A stretch of 62,198 nucleotides of DNA, filler included, from Choristocarpus tenellus KU-1152 (lineage: Eukaryota; Protista; Phaeophyceae): NCBI GenBank assembly GCA_964200185.2. It is 7 parts of 7 records of this genome, joined end to end, with 100 filler letters (N's around TTAATTAATTAA, not from the genome) between each part and the next. Parts side by side here need not be neighbours in the genome. Positions count along the whole stretch, not along the records: positions 44,819 to 56,658 come from CAXNAD020002107.1; positions 56,759 to 62,198 come from CAXNAD020010768.1; 5 more parts are not named here. One strand, given 5' to 3'. Position 1 is the first letter of the stretch. Every line of letters starts with the position of its first letter. Position numbers and translations under genes: made by a program. The notes beneath the pieces are model-generated. The model worked only from the letters and a program-made list of their open reading frames with translations, searched no databases and was not told the DNA's origin. This document shows, piece by piece, positions 51,801 through 62,198 of this stretch.

Positions 51801-54528
51801 GAGTCAGTAACATCTTCCATCAGGCAGTGATCAACTTGAAGGCAATATGTCTACATCGAGAACTGTGGAAAAACATTTATCATTTTTTTTTACCTTAGAG
51901 AGATATTCCATTGAGAAAATAAAGTTTTCTACAAAAAAAAAAATGCTACCATTCACCTTCGATCTGCCCCCCTTTACTTTTCAAAAACATCTTTAGGTAC
52001 AAGGGCTACATCTCCTTGTACTGTTTTGAAACAACACTTGTACGCATGCATCACCCTTGGCTTTACCGACATTCAACTCAAATCCAAACCATATCATAGG
52101 GACAGTGTACGTAGCCTTCATCTGCCAAGTGCCCCCCAACTCAAGGGGGGGGAGTCCGTATGCATACATATAAATATATATATTGAGAGGAAAGGACCTG
52201 ACAGAACACTCTACACCATCTGCATTTCATGCACAACACACCTTCCCCCTCGATACAATAAGTTCGGACACTCACACAGTTCTCATGCATATTACAGTAC
52301 TTCTTCCCCCGTTATCAGTAAGTTTAGAACCATGTCCCATCAGTTACTTCCCCCTACCTTAGGAACGTTTTACACAATCCGACCTCACATTTATATCTAT
52401 CTCACCTGAGCTGAATCCTAGCCACACCAATCGACTTGCTGTCAGTAAGGTTCTTGTTCTTGACCTCTATCATCACGTGATCGTTTAAGTCAATTCCCTG
52501 ATGGGTATCACGCATGCAGCAGTCACACCACAGTGCATCGGGTTGAAACCATGTTCAGGTTCAATTCTCAAGTGCAAGGGGTTGGACTGAGATTGAGTTG
52601 TGGAAGAACTGTCATAACAAGTGGCAGCGTGCATTGCAGTGCAGTGCATCTAAAAGGGTTATGGAGCACGCATACACACACATTTACATCAGGTTCTACA
52701 AATTTCGAGCAGCCAATCACAATCTAAATATGTGGGAAGAAACATTGACTGCTAATCAAGTCAAACAAGGCACTGAGCACTCCAAGGAAATTTTGGGAGA
52801 GAGTAGACACAGTGCACACACACACACACAAGAAAACAATGCGCTTTTCTCGTTCCCGCCCCAAACAAACAAGAAATGACGAATTGAATGAAGCCCTTCG
52901 CCTTCGGCATTGCGTATTCAAGTTGTATTGATTCTACTGCCACGATGTCCAATGTCCAATGTATTGTCGTAAGAGAGGAAAAGATCATGGGGAGAAGAGA
53001 GGTGCCTGGAAAGCAGGTGTCGCGACCTTCTCCTTCCTGAGTCGAGCTGCCTGGCAAGGCATCACAACTCTTGAACCCAGGAATCGGCAAAAATAGATAG
53101 AAATTAAAACAAAGTACAATCCTCCAAAAGCAGTACACCGGACTCCGAACACGGCAGGCATGTTTATGTTTTGTATTTTCTGTTACAATATAACATCAGT
53201 CGAGTGCATCCATCTCTCTTTTCAACTTCGAAAATGAAGGGAAAACATACCATGTTCCCTGGACACAACACAAAGTAATATCAGCACCTGTATGATACTC
53301 TGTAGTGTGATATTTGGGACAGTATGCCATTACAAAAAGTTTAACATCCCTGTTCCACTGCAGTTATGCTGTAAGATTAACTACTGCACACATGAAATAG
53401 AAGAGAGTTTTGTCTGCAGGAAAAAAGAAGCCCTCCACCTACCACCCACCTCAACATTGAAGACAAAAGATTCATTCCAGGTGGCCATCGTGCCTCCGTC
53501 ATTGTGGACCTTGGTTTTGCACTTCTCCCCTTCGCGCCCCACCCGGACGTTAGCGTAAGGGTCTTGCACTCCAATCATCTTGGTAAAGGACAAGGAGAAG
53601 CAAGGGTCAGTTGAAGCGATCACGTTGCAAACTTGTGTGTGCGCAAACATGAAGACTTGGCTGATTTGTGTTATAAACCTGTAAGTACCCATCAGAAATT
53701 GCGAGGGATATTTACATGTGAAAAGCAATGCCTACAAAAACAGAGATTCAGGACAAAAATATAGATTCAGCCTTGAAGCGAAAAAAATGTTGGTGGAGGG
53801 TTGCATTCATTACTTCAACATTGAAGATGCCAGCGGTTGAAAGGGCTACTATCTTATCGCAATACAAACTTCTCAAGGACCGTAAAAGATGCTGTCCACT
53901 TTACTTGCATCTCCCTTTAAGTAGAGAACTCGATTACATGCTAATTGTAATGCTTCCTCGTTTCAACTCAGACCTTGCGTGTGCCGAAACACAATAAAGC
54001 ATGTAAAATATGTACAGGACCCTGCCATCAAGTCAGGGGCGAGAAGAAAGGTTCAAGTGCTCAAACGTCTTCGATGGGACAAAAATGCAACTGTCCCTTC
54101 ACTGCGGGGAGAAACAAAGTTGTCAAAATCGTTGAGGTACTCTTTTTCCTGTGCATTTTGGCTCTGGAGGACTTCCACCCCTGATCGTTTGAAGAGGTTT
54201 GTCTCCTGCACACCTCATCCAAGGTTGTCTCCATACTGTTGCAGGGGAACTTTTCTCCGCAGAATGAGACCTCCATTAGGGTAATACAGGAACTGAGACA
54301 ATGTGACAATCCTGCCGACAACTTTTCCCTCTCTCGGCATATTGGGGGCGATAACGGCGGGCTCACCTGTACAACCTTAAGCTGCTCCGCCCTCTTCAAA
54401 TTCAGGAAGAGAAGCTTAGGGACATTATCTACTGGTACTGGTACTGGTATCGGTACTTGTGCTGGCGCTGGCGCTGATGCTGGTGCTGGTGCTGGTGCTG
54501 GTGCTGGTGCTGGTGCTGGTGCTGACAT
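48811..54528 (-). CDS. C2-domain protein with N-terminal (AP)n and C-terminal Met/Gly/Pro/Asn/Tyr-rich repeats
   Basis: Exons 54367-54528, 53450-53578, 52406-52497 and 50752-50871 give a C2 domain (LKRAEQLKVVQMIGVQDPYA..KTKVHNDGG..ATWNESFVF..IEVKNKN..SIG..GRINL). Exons at about 49537-49608 and 48811-49272 give the repeat tail. One short intermediate exon (about 50612-50657) is uncertain. Confidence 0.8.
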
Positions 54529-55402
54529 CTTCCCTGCTTTTACGTCTCCTGGTACCGAATCTCGTCAATGCACGTCCACAACCACTGTACAGTTTACTAT
54601 ACCAGCAGTACCCAATTTCCCGAGCTGCGCCCCTACAAGATAGAGTAACCCTCTTCCCACGCTGTTGAGGTTTAACTCACACTTTTCTTCCCTTCCCCTT
54701 TCCCTTCTCTTAATGGTGCTGGTTGACGTTGGCAGTAAGGTGAAAGGCGAGTGGCTTGAAGGGGGCGTCTAAAAACTGTGACAGAAAAGGACTTAGTGCC
54801 AAGTGCAATGTGCGCAACGAATGAAGACACTCCAATTGAGCCGAAGCGTTGTGAGACTTTCACTCTAGGTGAATCCCTCCGACTCTCACTCGTTTAGTTG
54901 TGAGTTTCAGTGTAGAACAACACCTATGTGAACTCCCAAAATAGTTTCTTTTCGTGATTGTGAGTCGAAGTTGAGGGTACTCTTTCTCCTTCCCACTTAT
55001 AGTAACCCGAAAATGAAGAAGATTCGATCATTTTTTCAAGAAATGCAGTCCTATTCGTGTCATTTTCCGCGCTTTCTAGACGTACGATAAATTGTTTCCA
55101 CAACACAAAATAAGTTCCCTCTCACAATCACAACAGATCGCAAGTCCTCCTCTTATCCTCCTCCTGCTGTCGGCTTTGCGACGGAAACGCACCGATCGCA
55201 CACTGTCCTATTGTTCTAAGAGGATACTATGCGAAAACTAGGTGTGACAGTATCGACACCACTCACTGAAACAAAAACTTCTACAATCACATTTACATAC
55301 TTCCTTTGTTCGGAATTAAGAGTAACATAAAGTTTGCAACCTCCGTTCTCGCCCGGGAACGAACCATGTGATAAACCTCTCTGGAGAGGCTTAGTTGTCA
55401 TA

Positions 55403-56625
55403 TACATCAAGAGGTTTGCAAAGTTTGAGATGGTAGGCTGTCATGATTTTGGATTGTCACCAGTGCAAAGTCGACCAAGTCGCACTTGAGAGGTATAAAA
55501 ACCTCGTGAAAGTGTCAAAGCGGGTATTTATTGGGATGTCTAAGACGAAGGCCCCAGTCGTTCGAGTGGCTCGCTCATCCCATCATCGTCCGTTGTCCCG
55601 ATTCCTCTACACATAAGGTCTGTCCGGAGTCCAGACTCAAGAACCCAGACGAAGAACAGCATGTTTTCCAGGTGCATGGAGGCGAGAGGGCACGAGACTC
55701 GGATGCCTTGGGGGACGGCGGCATCCATCGGAGAGGACTTCTGAATTTCCCAAATCACTGTGTCCCGTCATCTGAGGAAGTATAACAGCCAAATCGCACG
55801 GGGTGAATGCATGAACCTTATTCGACGTCGTCAGGGGCGATGTGACCGCCGTACAAGTATCCTTGACGTTTTGGGATGTCCCATCGGTACACCGCACAGC
55901 CTTCCACAACCTCGGGTCTACCCTGCCTCGTTGTGGGATCTATGCAAGCGCAAGAAAGTGAAGAAGGTCAAGCGGTAGAATAAGCCGGTTCTCTCAGACC
56001 AGCAGAAAGTAAACAAGGTGGATTTGGTCATCATCCACACGTACAGGAGGGGGAAGTGGGGTATTAATGTACTATCTGTATGACTGGGTGCTTGTGGACG
56101 AGAAGTGATCTTACATCCTTAAAGATGAAGAAGATGTGTACCTCCACCCCACTGAGGACCCACCCAAACCCCCATGAGCACAGAATAAGCGTTCCATTAT
56201 GAAGGTGATGTTCCTTGCACTTGTGGTCCGCCCTAGGAAGGTCTCCAATGGGGTGTGGTTTGATGGGAAAACTGGGATCTGGTCAATCATGGACACTAAC
56301 GTCGCTCAGCGCTCCAGCAAACACCCCCCCGAGGGCATCAAGGTGCTTGTGCCAGTCACAGTGGATGGGGAGAGGTATAAGAAGCTCGTGACCGAGGATG
56401 TCATCCCAGCAATCAAGGCCTGTATGCGTAGGAGACGGAAAGACACACCATCTTTGTGCAGCAGGACAAGGCAAGGCCACACACTAAGGGGGGGATCATG
56501 GAGGTAGTCGAGGAGGAGGCGGGGGACGACATTGTCATAGAGACCCAGCCAGCCAACTCACCTGACCTGAATGTCAATGGCCTGGGAGTCTTTCATTCCA
56601 TCCAGCAACTGAAGGAAGAAGATGT
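55403..56625 (+). mobile_element. Decayed mariner-like (plant/oomycete DD37-39D-type) transposon
   Basis: WVLVDEK*, KVMFLALVVRPR, WFDGKTGIW, VIPAIKA, QQDKARPH, QPANSPDLNVNGLGVFHSIQ (cf. HIDEKWF, KVMFL..RPR, FDGKIG, QQDNA.PH, QPPNSPDLNVLDLGFF); stops and frameshifts; possible left end TA|CATCAAGAGGTTTGC; cut by a MITE at 56626. Confidence 0.88.
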
Positions 56626-56658
56626 GGGTCAAAGTATCTGGGGCGGGGGTGTCAGCGT
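56626..56658. mobile_element. MITE subfamily A-type left end inserted in the mariner, at contig break
   Basis: GGGTCAAAGTATCTGGGG. Confidence 0.75.
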
Positions 56659-56758
56659 NNNNNNNNNNNNNNNNNNNNNNNNNNNNNNNNNNNNNNNNNN
56701 NNTTAATTAATTAANNNNNNNNNNNNNNNNNNNNNNNNNNNNNNNNNNNNNNNNNNNN
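56659..56758. other. Artificial contig-joining spacer
   Basis: N44-TTAATTAATTAA-N44. Confidence 0.98.
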
Positions 56759-57101
56759 CTGGTTACAATGTTCCCTTGAGTGCGACTGTGCTCTTGAAAT
56801 CCCCCCCCCTAACCCCCCTTCTCCTCCCCCACTGGCCCCAGGGCAGTCAGATGTTTTGAGGTCTACAGTTATAGATTGTAGGATTTGAGTGCAATCAGCA
56901 AGTATTTACCCCTATGTTTATGTCCGTAGGACCATTGCCGGAAGATCTTTAATTGCTTTTCTGCTCAGGAGTACTATTATTATTATTTTGTTATTATTGC
57001 TGTTGTCATTAGTATTATTAGTATCATTATTCAACCCTATCCACCCCCTATTAGAGCCCTTTGCTATACTGATTCTGGTAATATCTCCAATGCTGATTAG
57101 C

Positions 57102-57135
<34 letters not shown>

Positions 57136-57944
57136 GCTATTGTTATTTTTTGTTGTCACTTAGGTCTGGGAATATCCGAACCCGTGATCAGAGGTACTAC
57201 ACACTGCACTACATCACTTTGGTGGTCGCAGTCACCTGGAGGGATCTTCGTTCAGCTATTCAGCTGTCAATGAGGGTGGCCTTTAGCTTTGAAATATACG
57301 TTGATAGTAATATCTTCAGGGACTTGTTGAGGTCAAATTTGTATGCAATAGGTTGAGATGGCGTTACTTGAGGTTAATGTTTACACCATCAATGCTGTGC
57401 TTTCCCTCATTCCTGCCTCCCATCATTTATGTATACATTCTAGCTCTACGTTGGTAGCAACCAGGCAGTCTTCTGTCGCAGAGCTAAGTGTTTGTTTCTA
57501 GTGGATCGACACTCGTCATGCAGGCTGTTGTAGAATATGTACAGAGTCCAGTTCATCTGTACCTCCTTCCTTTCCTTAAAGTAATGGTTTTACCATCTGG
57601 ATCGAGACAGGGGCATCCTTTCCCCGTCATGCAGGCTGGTGTAGAATATGTACAGAACCTTTTCAGAGTCCAGTTTATCTTTACCTCTTTCCTTTCCTTA
57701 CAATGGTAGTTTTCTGGGATTTTTTGATGACATACAAATGTGTAAAGTTTTTGGTGTACACCTGTGAAGCTTTGACATATGCTTGTATTTTTAGTCAGGA
57801 ACATCCCAATCTTCAGCAATCTTCTCCCCCCTCCCCTCCCAGCGACAATTTATATCTATACTCAACATTTCCCTCATGGAAATACCATTTGATGTGATCA
57901 ACAAATAGCACTACTATCCTGTCGATCATAATCTCTGATTGCAG

Positions 57945-59531
57945 ATGTCCAAGGTTGTGTCGGGGCTCCTCTCTGGCAAATACTCTAACAAGCCGCTGGC
58001 AAAGGAGGAGTCGGGGGCAGGGGGAGAGGATGAGGGGGTGGAGGAGGGGGAGGATGCCCCTTCGCCCCGTATGTTTAAGCAGCTTGTGGGGCGTGGTCAC
58101 CCAGAATTCTCGTCAGGAAGGCAGCAGGATGCTGCAGAATTCATGCTGCACCTCTTGGAGGTAAGTTACAGAAAGGGGTACCTTGTGTGACGAGGGAGAA
58201 TAGTTGTGGTCATGTATGGTCTAGTTGTGTCTTGGAGTATCAGGGGTAGCCTCCAGGTCAACATAGTGTTTGTCCTTGCTTCTATGTTATTCATTGTGAG
58301 CTGATTGGTGTACCCTACGAATGATCCCCAACAACTGAGTTTGAAGTTTGTATGATTGAAGTTTGTACGATTGAAGTTATTGCTGTTGACGGTGGCGTTT
58401 TGAGCACTTGATTTGAGTGTACGTGACTGGTTAAGAAGATAGCCTGCTTGAAAGGCACCTGATTCCCCTACAGTTGATGTACTGCAGGATGGAGCCAGTT
58501 TCTTTTCTGAAAAAAATAAATGGTAGCAACTGTTGTGGGAGGCAATTGTATTCTTATGACTGTCCACAGTCTTTTGAGAATGATACTATGCACCTGATTG
58601 CTTGCTGCATGCTGTTGTGAACTGTTGGAGGATATAATATGGGAGGGTTAGGGCAGGTTATATAGGGATTGTGATTTGAAGGGGTGTTTTGGTGCCCTGT
58701 TGGGAAGATGTTTTGTCTGTAATGAAGTACACCTTTTTCTGTACATATTTTTTTGTGTATGTATGGTTTGTATCAGGGGTGAGTAGGATGAAGCCTGCTC
58801 CCAGTGTGCATATCCCCAGAAGTCTGAACCTGGGGGGGAAAAAAGTGTGTTTTGTGCATGTACCTCTCTTTGGTTATCCCATCAGCTATGGAGAGCCTAC
58901 ATCACTTACTCCCTTTGCAGAAAATACCTACTTTTTTTTGTTCTACAGGGTATACACAAATATGTGCACCATGTATCAGAGTTTTAAGTTGAGCCTTTTT
59001 GGGGTTGGGGGTGGTGGTGGTCTGTCAAGTAATGCGGGAAGCGCCTGAATTCTGCCGACTTAGAGATCAGAGGTCAGTGGATTGATGTGGCATTTTTGTT
59101 GCTGTTTTTGGCATATTGCTAGTTTGACATGTACAATCAACAGGTTCTTTTATAATCATGTGGCACAGCTGACGTAGCTGCTACCCCATTGAAACACTGG
59201 TCCAAATTCAACAATAGTGTGTTCTGATTACCCGGTTGACTACATCTAAACTTACCAGCGAAAACAAGAATGAGATGGCATTGCAGAGGCCTTGTATCCC
59301 TATGCCCCTATACCCCTATACCCTGTTTTTCAGATGACCGTTTGGATGTTAATTCCTTTGTACACACAATTGACAGTGTGTTGGCGTGTTGGCATCAACG
59401 AGATTGGAGCTAACCTTTAGCTTTCCACTAGTGTAAAGTTCGCCATGGTCGGTGCACTGCAGGTTGAGAGAGATGTGAAGCAGTATCTCATTATTATTAT
59501 TATTATTATTTCATTATTATTGTTATTATTA

Positions 59532-59563
<32 letters not shown>

Positions 59564-60036
59564 GTGTCACGGTACATGCACACAAACAGAAAGACTTGTA
59601 GTTGCAGGAGGGCTGACCTTGCAGTTGACTCTCTATGAGGGGGAGCTCTTTTTCCTCGATAGGTAAATAAATGGCTCATTACTCAACCCCCCATTATGTC
59701 CGATTTGTTACAGCAGCATGCCATTGCACTATCTTCTCCTCTTGTGCTGTGCTTTATTGTGTTGTATGATAATGTTGGGTGTTTTTTTGGTAGTTCATGC
59801 GGCGATCGGAGCGCACTGAGGGTGGGCGTCTTGGAGGGAGTGCTGGTGGATCTGAGCCCACCCCGGCCCTGTTCGAGTTCCAGCTTGTGGATAGGGTCCA
59901 ATGTTCTGTGAGCGGTACTGTGAAGTACAAACATGGGACAAAGGACAATCTACTCAATCTTCAGGTGTGACTCGCCACTTCTTTCTGTTTCATTGTCTTG
60001 TGGGTGAGTTGGTTGGGGTTATTGAGTTTTGAGGAA

Positions 60037-60070
<34 letters not shown>

Positions 60071-60179
60071 GGGTTGTGGGCGGGGTATGGGGAAGAGCAG
60101 AATTTACTGGGGTNNNNNNNNNNTTTTTTTTTTTTTTTTGTGTGTGGTGTTGGGGGGGGGGTTGTGGGGGGGTGGGGGT

Positions 60180-60213
<34 letters not shown>

Positions 60214-61622
60214 AGGGAAGGGAAGGGCATGTATCGGATGATTTAATGAAGGAATCATAATTTCGGTACGCTGCTTCCTTGGACATTGTTTATGTCTTTT
60301 CTGATTGAGTTGAGGTTGCCACCATTGGACCGGAACTGGGCTAGCCCTAACCTTAGCTCTTGTTCTTGGTAGTTGAGGTGTTTTTGTGGGTAGCATTGTA
60401 ACGTTGTGTGATTTTGTTTTGTTTGGATGGAGTCAGTCTCTCAGGAAGTCTGAGAGGGAAAAGAGGAAATAGCCCCGCTATTGGTAGTGTGTTATGTTCC
60501 TAAAGTTGACTTGCTGCTGCCCTATCTCAGCAATTGACCTGTTCTTTTTACTCAAGGTGATCATATATGTTGCAATACATACAGTAGTGCCACTGCTATC
60601 TTAGCACACCAACGTTGAACCTCCCCAGCCCTGACCCTACCGGGATGAGCTTCTAAGGTTAGTTCCTATTAACAATAGTTTTATGCCCAAAATTTCTGAT
60701 ATTTTCTGATGTTTTGTTGGAACGGGATAGGAATGGACCTCTCACTAAATGTTGGGAAAATTGGGAATTTTTGGGAATTTTTGGAATTTATTACTGTCAT
60801 TAGGAAGAGCCCTAACCCTTGCTATTGACCTTCACATAGAGTTTGGCCCTTGTGCTACAGAACAGAGTTGTACATTCCTTACACCTATATAGAACTAACT
60901 TCACATCCATATTTGATTCAAAGCCAAAGCACCGATCATTTAACTTCAACCTTCAACCCCTCCACCCTACTCTATTGACTGGCTTTGTGTTGGTGTCTCA
61001 ACTTGCAACCCCTATACAGGAGACGTAACCATCCTCGTGATATGATTTGGGTCAATCAGTTCTAGTTTTGAAACAATTTAAAATAGATTTATGTTCAGGG
61101 CACCAAACACGAAGAATATTTTCTTCATCTTCAGAACAGTATGACCTACAGTGAAAGAAACCAGTGGTGGTATGTACTGATGAGTACATACCATCGTTGA
61201 TGTATGTATTTATATTGGTGGTATAACTTATAACGTCATACTTATCCGCTGAAATACCCAATATCTGGTTGGTGTAGATCTCCTAGTTTGGTCTTAAAAT
61301 CGTCAGCCCAATTTTTTTTTCAATTTTTTTTGTACTCTGGTTGTGTTGTACACTCCAGAGCTTTGACCTCATCCTTAATCCAATTTTGTGTGTGTGTGTG
61401 TGTGTGAGTATAGCTTTTGATTGTGGGTTTTATTTTGTATCTCTTTTTTCGGTTGTTGTACCTTCTAATGTCACGTCTTTATTTTGTAACTCTTTATTCA
61501 GTTGTTTCACCTTCTTTATGTAACAGATCCCGGTGGAGGAAGCATCAAACAAAGTGGAAGTGCAGGCATACAAAGAGAGACTGGCCAAGAGGCAGAAGCT
61601 CAAAGAGGACGACGGGGCACAG
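57945..61622 (+). CDS. Ubiquitin carboxyl-terminal hydrolase, USP5/USP13/UBP14 family (internal exons)
   Basis: Phase-0 exons 57945-58160, 59794-59964 and 61527-61622: MSKVVSGLLSGKYS..PRMFKQLVGRGHPEFSSGRQQDAAEF..FEFQLVDRVQCSVSGTVKY..IPVEEASNKVEV. Confidence 0.9.
59490..59563. repeat. (TAT)n imperfect microsatellite (similar tract at about 57100-57145)
   Basis: Trinucleotide run in an intron. Confidence 0.9.
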
Positions 61623-62198
61623 GTTTTTGTTCTCTTTTTTTTTTCAGTCCTTTTTTCTATTTTTTTTCCAATTCACGAATGGTCGAGTTTTCTTTTAGTG
61701 CTTTCATAGAAGGATTGATGTGGAGATTGCAGTTTTTTCTTGCAAGGCTGGAAGGACCTGAGTAGTGTTTTTTATTTTTTTGTGCAGACTTGTTTGTGTA
61801 AGGGGGATAGTTACCCGGCAAGGCCCAAGGTGAGTATGGGTATAACTCCATGTGATGCTGTCTGTGGGGATGAGACTGTGCTTTGTTGGCTGGTCATATG
61901 CTTGAATGTTCTCTTGAGAGAGACCCTTCTGAGTGGGGAGGGTGCAAGAAACTACTGAGTCTGTAAATCTCGCCACCATCTATGTGATACCTCTCCTGTC
62001 CTTACTTATGACATAATCGCCTCCTCAATTTTCCATGCAATAGTTATTTTACGCACCTTGATTTACCAAGGAGTTTTGGCCTAACACACTGACGATGATA
62101 ATGTGGAGGTGTAGGACTGTGTGTGTTGCAGTTGTAGGTGTGCCTCTGAATCCCCCCTCCAACTCGTCTCACTCCTTTTCAGGGAAGGGTAGGGGGGG

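Noticed and set aside
54239-54668. (GA)n and (LV)n repeat ORFs on the + strand
   Set aside because: Antisense shadows of the (AP)n N-terminus of the C2 protein
12702-56758. Recurring TTAATTAATTAA flanked by Ns as a regularly spaced biological repeat, and the gene neighbourhood as a cluster
   Set aside because: These are identical 100-nt artificial linkers, so genes on different contigs are not demonstrably linked
56889-57356. 155-aa hydrophobic ORF with poly-Tyr
   Set aside because: Generated by (TAT)n microsatellites; no domain or splice support
59961-60396. Poly-Pro / poly-Gly ORFs
   Set aside because: Low-quality poly-G/poly-T tract around a 10-N gap (60114-60123) inside a USP intron

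Overview
This is eukaryotic, intron-rich genomic DNA. It is probably from a photosynthetic stramenopile such as a brown alga (inferred from a signal peptide plus 'AFAP' plastid-import motif, short GT-AG exons and introns of 0.1-2.4 kb). It is not one locus: seven contigs are joined by six artificial 100-nt N44-TTAATTAATTAA-N44 spacers, so adjacency across a spacer carries no information. Most ORFs in the supplied track are spurious or exon fragments. Manual splicing gives a tyrosinase-type di-copper protein (3' part), a calcineurin-A-like phosphatase with a GDYVDRG>GDYVNRG change, a GH36 raffinose-synthase/SIP-like protein (3' part), a complete plastid-targeted PDZ+FKBP protein, a C2-domain protein with a Met/Gly/Pro-rich tail, a USP5/UBP14-like deubiquitinase (internal exons) and two unknown genes. 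Mobile DNA includes a decayed Ty1/copia element lacking its integrase and RT cores, two decayed Tc1/mariner-type transposases, and about 14 copies of three related MITE subfamilies with GAG/GGN...CTC/NCC termini and 4-bp target-site duplications (Sola2-like). No CRISPR, rRNA or intact tRNA was seen, and I found no convincing novel multi-gene system. The best leads are the MITE family, the candidate pseudophosphatase, the atypical tyrosinase, the PDZ-FKBP protein and an intronic hairpin.
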